Origin: Oculina patagonica
Taxonomy: Eukaryota
Direction of reading: 5' to 3'
Assembly: GCF_052425735.1 (NCBI RefSeq)
Contig: NC_135771.1
Span: forward strand, 5,580,001 to 5,644,000
DNA: 64,000 bases
Part shown: in pieces, positions 26,901 through 35,900 of the stretch
How the letters are laid out: the number at the start of each line of letters is the position of its first letter
How positions within the stretch are numbered: position 1 is the stretch's first letter
The notes under the pieces: generated by a model
Seen by the model: the letters and a program-made list of their open reading frames with translations, nothing else
Told to the model about the DNA's origin: nothing
Databases searched by the model: none
Translations under genes and position numbers: made by a program

Positions 26901-29900
26901 AAGATAATCAACTTTATTCTAACATTTGCAACAATTTCTTATTGGGCATCAGAGAGCCCAACGATTTTTGACGACATTTCGGCGCGTTTAGTGAAACCGA
27001 CAGAACAGAACTTTACGAACGAGACCCGGTCTTCTCTAAAAGGCTCGTCACGCTATGTGAATCTCTGATAACTTTGTAAAACAGCATATATTTCTGGTGA
27101 AAATACACGACTTTTTCTTAACGTTGTGAATGTATATATTATATTGCATGTTACAGTAGCAGTATAATTTGTATTTATGTGTAACACTCTATGAATCACG
27201 TATCAGACAGATTTATAACAGCATCTCGCCGCTTGATTTTATTATTATAATTATCAAGATAATTACAATAGTGTTTAGATGTGGGGGATTCCTTTCATTG
27301 TTAAACTCTGATAATTATTTTTTTTGTGTTTGTTGATTGGACAGTTGTGTTTTCAATGACAACATCTCGATTAACGTCAAAATTAAACTGCGCTGCACGC
27401 AAATTAGGCCTTTGTTGATAAACTGTCGAGGGCTTGTATAGCTTCATTCCAGCCAAGCCCTTTGAGCGAACAGCTTTGCACGAACGCCGTGAAAAAAGAA
27501 AATCTAAAACTCTGAAGACAACATGTCGAAGGTCAGTGAAGACCAAATGGCTGAGTTCCGAGATGCGTATTGCCTGTTCGATCGCATTGGTGATGGAAAA
27601 ATCGACGGCGAGCAAATTGAAGATCTGTTGCGTTCCATGGGCCTAAACCCTCAGGGTTCGGATCTCAAACAAGTCCGAGAAGACTACAAGAACAAGAGAG
27701 TCGAATTTGAGGAATGGCTTGGAATCTACACACAGTTCCGCAACAAACCAGAGCCGGTCCGGGAGGATTTCATCGAAGCGTTCAAATGCTATGATCGGGA
27801 TAGTTCCGGTACCATCGATGGAGCCTCATTGAGGGGAATGCTATGTCTTCGTGGAGACAGCAAACTGTCGGAGGATGAAGCGAATGAGTTGCTTGCCCCA
27901 GTAGAAGATGCTCAGAAAGGTGTGATTAACTACGAGGAAATTATCAAGCTGGTAATGTCAAAGCCAGAGAAGGTTGAATGATTGCAAACTTTAAATCACT
28001 GATCATGAACATTTGAACAGAACTGAAAATTTCACTGATCTAGACATTGAACTATTATGATTTTACGATGAGTAGTACTGCTTTACTGAAAATAATTATA
28101 ACTGTAGTTTTAAACGATTTTTCTTTGACAGACAATTGTTACACTTGTAACTCTGGAAAACAGATATAGTTTTATGTATTATTTTATTCCCCTGTTTATT
28201 AAAGATACAATTTTGTTTAAGAACTTTGGGATAACATTAAGTTTTTTCTGGTTAGAACTTTCAATTATGGATTCGACCAAAGAAGGGAAAAACGCTGAAT
28301 AAAAATTCCTGAAAATTCTTTAAGTTTTAAAGCATTCGAATCTAGTCTGTTAATGCGTGTTTTGTCTGTTTCTGTGTATTATAGGTTCATTGTATAGAAC
28401 AATGGTCGGCTTCTTCTTTGGGTGTGACTCGCCGAAACTTTTATCTCTATAATCGAATGTTTCGAAAAGAGGAAAAACTATTAAGCTACGTTTTGATTTG
28501 ACTGTATCATTTAGTTACTGTGATGTAGATCTGTGTTTTAAGCATATTTATATCGAGTTTTAACAAGCTGGAGTTTTTGTTAAGAGTAACAGACTGTTTG
28601 TTCACAGATAAGGGAACGTTCCGCTTCTGTGACCAAATTGCCCCCGGTACTTAGTATTATAAACAAACCACAAAGAATTGCATTGCGTGACCGACTTGCC
28701 CACAGCGTGTGTTATGTGACGTGACTTGTGTAATGTCGATCGAATGTAGAGCTTTTGCGGGCAAGTTCATAAACATAAGTGACATAACTGACATAAGTTG
28801 AAATTTTTTCCTACTTTCGTTGAAACGAGCCTTCGCAACGCCTTCGCAACAAGAGGATTGAAAACAGATAACTTCTGCGAGAGTCGGAAATTGAGGTCAA
28901 TGGTACCTTTATCCTTTTAAAACTAGCCGCTTTTTTGCCACTGACATATAAACCGATTCAGGGGAGAGGGGTCTGAACGATTTTAAGGGTACGACATTAC
29001 GTCTGAGGGTTGTGGGGTGGGGTGTTGAGAAAAAAAGAAAAGTCTGTAGAATTTTAGAATGTGCCAAGAATTAAGATATCATTGGTTGAGGGTTACCGGT
29101 TTTTTATTCAATAACCTTTCATTCCCAAGCTCTCAAACTAAACTCTCATTACTGATTTCCATACATTTCTTACAATATCCGTTATGGGAATTTGGTTGTG
29201 AATCAAGACAATATCCCTTGTTGATGATTTTCTTTATTCTCGTTACCTGTCTGCTTGAAAATGTATTAATATTGTAAGGAGAAAAATGATGTTGATCTCA
29301 CTCACCTTCTTTGGTCTGTCATACAAACAGAAATCGTTCAGCTTTGAAAGGCTTTTCATGCTGCAGTCCGAGAATCCAGCAACACGAGTCCTGTCCGGTG
29401 GATAACAAAGAGTCGTCAAAATCGTTGTCAAGGTCCCAGCTGGTCACGTTGCTTGTTCCCAAACCCTTTGGAAATATAGCTTTGTGGTTCCACTGTATTA
29501 CCTCAGAACTCTGAGGATTAAGCCTTCTCGGTTGCATGAAATAACTGGCGGAAATTTGCCTGCTACGTTCATGTGCCTGAACAAGGCACTATTATCAATT
29601 TGATCTTTGTTGTTTCCAGCCTCAACAAACAAGAAACGTTTTAGAATCCGGCCTCCAAAACAAAAATTAACTGCTTTCGAACTCCAGATACCCTATGCCG
29701 CCCCATTCCTAACCTGCGATCAGGCGTTCTTTTTTCTTTTTTCGCAGCAGTAGTAGGGAGGGAGGGTATGATTTCAGGTTACCCCATTCCCCGCACACCC
29801 TCAGTAATTCTTTTCCAAGTACTGTTAAGCCAATTATGAGTTCCTCAGCAGAGAAGTTTGCTCACTGCTATAAATAGTTTTCCGGTTATGTCGTTTGTTG

Positions 29901-32900
29901 TCCTCTGTGTTTAAAAACGGTCGAGACAGCAGCAAAAATGTAGAAATTTTACAAAATAATTTTCACAAAATGTTTCGACGGTACATCCGTCATCGTCAGT
30001 GTGACAGTTATGAAGAAAGTTTACAGTGATTTAAAACGTGCCTGTTACAAATCGTACGTTAACATTATTAAGCCCCAAAAAGTCCCCAAAGTACCACAAG
30101 CCATATAGGTAGTTTCCGCATCCCTCCTTCCCCACTCCCGTCAGGTGTGTTACGTTTCATTGACATACTCACTTGTGTCCCCCCATGATACAGCCTCTGG
30201 GAGTCAGACAAGTACATCCGCCAATTTCTAACAAAAAGGGTGAAATAATAAACAATTAATTCGAAAGTGAACCGTTCACAGCCATCATCGAAAAAGTTAT
30301 TGTTTGCGCATCATGAAGACATTAAGCTAAAATTATGTTTCTCCATCCTCATACCCAGGGTCTTTGTTCCCCTTAACCAGCGGACGAGACTCGAGCGACG
30401 CTGGAAAGTTCAATCAAACTCAATCAATCAACTTTATTTTACGAGGGTTGCACGTAACAGTCTTCGACTGACAAACCTGTGGCCCTCGGATTCCCGATCG
30501 AATTGGAATTTAGAAGTGTTGGTTTTTGTGGAGGGAGGAAAACCGGAGAACCCGGAGAAAAACCCTCGGAGCAAGGACGAGAACCAACAACAAACTCAAC
30601 CCACATATGGTACCTGGTACGGAATCGAACCCGGTCCACATTGGTGGGAGGCGAGCGCTCTCACCACTGCGCCATCCCTGCTCCCCGATTTGAAGTCTGA
30701 AAATGTCGGACTTCCAGTTGAATTGTGCAAACCTAGCTTTCAAAAGCATGACAAACAATTTTTTGGTGTTTTACTACCGGTCATTTTTATTGTTTCTCGA
30801 GCCAATCAGATTCGATCCTGCAACGGAACTTTCGAGAGTCGCTCGTTTCGTCAAGCTTGTGCAGTTAGGAACTCGAGGTACGAGAATGCTGTTTCTACTG
30901 ATGCGATTATAAATCTTGATCTCAGTCTGTTTTTTCCTGGGTTTCTTCTTTACAAAGCAATGTTATACCTCATACTAACACCAACCTTCATCGTGATCCA
31001 TTCCGAAGTTGTGTCCCATTTCATGAGCGGAAGCTATCCAGGGTCCCACGGAAATGTAATGATCCCACTACAAGAATAAAAACGCACAACTGAAAGTGAA
31101 ATTATACGTAAGCTATTAACGATAACCGGGAAAGCTACACCTAAATAAGCAGGTTCTTTACTTTTGATGAACGAAAACGTCAACCCCTCGCCTGTTTTCC
31201 ATTCTTTTTTCTTCGCACTGTTCTCAAAATGCGGGTTTGCACTGGGCATAAGCACAAGCACAATCAAAAGCACACTCACTCTTCTTATGCTGTTCTCACA
31301 AGAAGTTTAGCACAATATACACCTTAGCGTAACAATATTCTCCTCTTTTCCTTATGCTTGCGCTCACACTCATGCTTATGCTTATACTTGTGCGCATGAT
31401 TACCGCGACAATTCCAGAAGAGTCGTCAGTGCACATGCCATAAAGTGCTGCCATTCCTGCAGCATCCGTCCAGCTGTTGTTACTGTAAAGAGAAAAAAAT
31501 ACTCAATTGCACATAGAAAATGATCCGTTTTAACGTGTCTCCAAACTGATATAGAGCGGTTTTCACTTGAGTGTCGAAAGTGAATTGCGTTTGCTTTGAT
31601 TTTCCATTACTACGCTTAGTAATTGGCTTAAAAATTTCACGCCACTTTCTCAGCCAATCAGGAGTAAAATCAAAGCCAATCGTGACTCGCTCGCGCACGT
31701 TTTCCCGCGCTTCGTGCCAGCTACGAGTATTTGCTTCGAGTTTTGATTGGTTCACTGGATTGTCTGTGTCCTTAGTGATTGGCCAGTGTAATTGCTTTGG
31801 TTTTGGTTTTTCGACACTCAATTGAAAACTGCTCTATGTGGCATTCTAAGTGATTCAGCTAACAAGAAATATCGACTCTAAGGAGAGATGAAGTGACATA
31901 ATAGTGCGGTCCGGGCTCGTGCCCTAGCCCTGGCCAATTGCAAGTCATTGTGTTGTGTTCTTGGGCATGACAACTAACTCTTACAGTGCCTCTCTCCACC
32001 CAACGAATAAAATGCTGGGGAGGAGGATAAAAACGCTCCATGTCGCTATATGCTACGAAAACCATTGATAATAGTGCCGCCGTGCAGGGTCACTGGGCTT
32101 GAAATGCAATGAATGGTTCCAGGTCCCAGTTACCCAAATCCCATTTTCCAGTTAAAATGTTCCCAAACTGATCCCGTTCCAAGTCCCCTCTCTTACTCTC
32201 GATCGAAATTTAGCACGCAAAACCAAAACAGTATCACACTAGTTACAATAGTTACAAATGATGGAAATCTAATTTCTTCTCACAATATCAATACATTGTC
32301 GAGCAGACAGGTGGTGAGAATAAAGAAAATGATCAGCCTATAGATATCTTGACATGCAACCATTTTCTCAGAACAGCTAATAAAAGGAATGTATAACAGG
32401 CTGTAAGGGGAATTATCATTTCGATCAACACTCACCACATCAGTTGTGCGTTATCGTGATCAGGAAAGGTTTTCATCAGCGTGTTCTTGCGATATTTTGC
32501 AAATCTATCATAGTACTCCGTGGCCAAATCACTTCTGACAATCTTGTCGCCATTGTTCCAGAATTCCAGCGCAACCAGGACTACTCTGATGTTGATTTTG
32601 CTGTAGATCTGACAGAAAGTATTCTTACTTATAAATTTCATATGTTAATGTTTTGTAAAAAATTCATTCATTCCCGTTTTGATCTGCCACTGAATACGTT
32701 AAAGGGCCACTCACTATCACGAGTACTACAAAAAAATAAGAGCCTAAAGACGTAGTAGTCCAGTTTTGTTGAAAATTACTATGCCAGTGTACTGAGGCCA
32801 TGAACAAGTGATGTTATTGTGATGCCGTAACGAACTTCAGATCTTAACTTGATTGAAAGAGTCAGGCTGTCTTTTTTAAGTTCTGCCCTTGTGGTCTGGA

Positions 32901-35900
32901 AAAACATCTAAAAACTTACAACGGCTGCCCTCTTCCTTCAACAACAATTTACTTTAATTTGTATCTTCATCTTGATTCTTTAAGGCGCATTTCTTGTACG
33001 AGCGAGAGTACTTTGCCAAATTTTTTACTTTTTTTACTGAAAAGCAGAAAAATCCCCGTGACAGTGTCCCTTAATGTTGAAATAAATGCGAAAGCGCGCG
33101 CAGTTAAAGATGTAGCTGAGCAGGTATGATAGTGGGTAAGCAATCCCCAGCTGATCGTAAACGTCCTCTCTAAATAATGGCATTTTTGCGCAATTCCCTG
33201 CACGGTCGCCAATCCTCCATAGTTCATCGAAAAGTAAATCATTTCAAAGCTGTGGACACTAAACGTAAAACTCATTCAAAGTTTAGACTAGTTTGGTTTC
33301 ATTTATGTTGCTACCCATACGGGATCATTTCCCAGTTCTCTCTGAACTGGGGAACGGATGTTTATGCATTCCTTCGGAGTTACTGGAGTTAGACTTCATA
33401 ATGTAATCAGTTACATTAGGCATACATTTTTATTACCTTATCAACAGCATTTACCAAGGTTATCATGCGATTTGTAACTTCTTCTTCCTCATTTCCAAAG
33501 TATTTATACTGTTAATAAAAATGCAAAACATATGTGACACGGGTTGTAACATAAGGTAGCTCCCTTTGCATTCTAACACAGAATAAAACTCACAGAACGT
33601 TTAACAGTTATATTTTTATGGGGTATCTTTATCTTTTACTTGTCTTCAGGGTCTTTAGGGTCTTTTCAGTTTTTTATCTTTACCTTTACCTTGGTGCAAT
33701 ATCTTTATCTTTAAATTTGTGTTTATGCAATATCTTTATATTTACCTTTATCTTCAGCAGCGTTTTTCATTCAATTTCTTTACTTTACCTTATATCTTTA
33801 CGTTTAAGTTCGTGTTATATCTTTAACATTAATTTGATCTTCGTGCAATATCTTCCATATTTCACTTACTAGGCAATACCTCCCCGGCCCTAAATAACGG
33901 ATTTATCTCACCAGATTGTTGTCCACAGCAATCATAAGCTCTGTGTACCTGGTCTCGTCCGTGGTAAAATAAGGACGGTAGAACTCGTCAACTCCTCGAC
34001 GAATCTGATATAATGGGTATGAAACAAAACAAAACCTTTTTAATTGAATTGCTACTATGATATTAATTAAATGGCCGTTTTTATGCTAGAGACGTTAAAG
34101 CCGTCTTAGACATTAAAGCTGTCTCGAGACGACATTAACGTCTAGTATAAAAACGGCAAAAAAGACAGACGCCTTTAACGTCTGATGGCTTTAACGTCTT
34201 TTCGTAAGAGTACTGTGTCTGAACGACGCTCTTATCGGACAGCTTTAACGTCTCAGGAGTTAAAGCCGTCTAGTATAAAAACGGGACGTCGTTAACTAGT
34301 ATAAAAACAGTAAATAAGACAGACGCCTTTAACGTCTGATGGCTCTACGTCTTCGTGTCCAGTGTCCTCCGAGTGTCGAACCCAGTCTTTTTTTTATTTT
34401 TTTTCTGAAAAGCTGTCTACTAAATGCGTCCCGTTTTATACCAGACGTCTTAAACGTCTTAGACATTATAGACTTCTAGACGACAATAATAAGGTTTTGC
34501 ATGCGCAACTAAACTAAAGACAGACTAATATAAACTTATTTACGACTGACTGTAAAGTCCTTGCGAAGAATGATGTGTTCAAGGGAAACAGAATAAGGCA
34601 ATAAAACAAAATAAGGAAACTTTAGAAGCACTAACTGCACTTCACCTCACCCTTCGAGATATTCTGTTGCCACTGGCATTGTCATTCCACTTTTTTCTTC
34701 CTTTTGTATATTTGGACTTAATATCATAAGGGTAAGATGTACCTTTGATAAAAAATATGCGCCATGATTAATCTTTAAGAACTAGTTTTGCTGGCTTTGT
34801 GCAATTAAATAGACAATGACGTGACACTTTGCAAACCAGAGAACGAGCTAGAGCGAGACCAAGAGATAAAAAAGAGCTGAGGGACAAGAATTGGAAGAGG
34901 GTTTTCTTTAACTATCATCAGATCGCACTTAAACGAGCCGAGAGTACGTCAGAGCTGACGTCATCTGCATGTCCAATGGTCGAAAACTCGTTTAGCAAGG
35001 ATTAAGGATTTGCAAAATTTACTAAGAGATAAAAAAATGGCTAAAATTTTAAATGATGGCTGAGATATCGCCGTAAATTTTGCTGAAAACTGAGATTTCA
35101 GCACCTCCATCCAGATCCTGTTGTCAGTTTTTACTGCTACTTACGACACACTTTGTCCTTGTGACTGTGCTGCTTTATTTTGTATATCCTGTGAGCTCCG
35201 TCAGACTGAAAGCCAAAGAAAAATTAATCTTGACAAAGTGAATATCCATTGTTGGGATAATAGGTCTCTTAGCAAATACCATTCTTTTCTAAAGGGATAC
35301 TGAAAGGATATTGCTAAGTTACTATTGTTTCCCAGAGTCCCTATATTCTTCGCGTCTAACGAACACCTTGCCCCACTGTTAATAAAGACTTCAAGGAATA
35401 TTTATACAAAGATAACACGTTTAGTTTCTAACTCAGATAACAAGATAGTATGAAAGAATTGGTATGCCTTTTCCCGCGGAACCGTTCTTCTCCCCTTTAA
35501 CTCGTAGTCATTTACATCTTTACAAGCCCCACCTAGCCTCCTAAAACTGCCTTGCATTACTATGTAGTACCTTGCGTGACGGCTTTACATACCTTTGTAT
35601 CGACGGGCTCCACATAGACCCTATTCTTTCCATCATCGATGTATCCTCTAAATAGAATGAAAAAAATAATAATAATAAAAATCAGCATGTAGGTTTGTGT
35701 AGCTTTGTGCCGGATGACACCATGTCAAACTTAAGTGATATGACAAAAATTTGCAATGTTAGTTAATGTTTTATCCTCGCTATGAGTCACGTTTGGAGGA
35801 AAGGTTGCGTGACAACCAATACAATGTTACCTTAATCCTTTACAAGTGCTGATAACAGCCATAGATTCCTCGTTGCCTCGGATTTTACCATGATAATGAC

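Noticed and set aside
30267-31079. 270-aa plus-strand ORF
   Set aside because: It runs through a MITE, an antisense SINE and the antisense of the HExxH exon; a chance open frame.
2994-34490. CRISPR-like arrays (CCGGGCTGG repeats at 3-4 kb; TTAACGTCT repeats at ~34.1-34.5 kb)
   Set aside because: Eukaryotic context, irregular spacing and inverted symmetry; these are MITE subterminal repeats.
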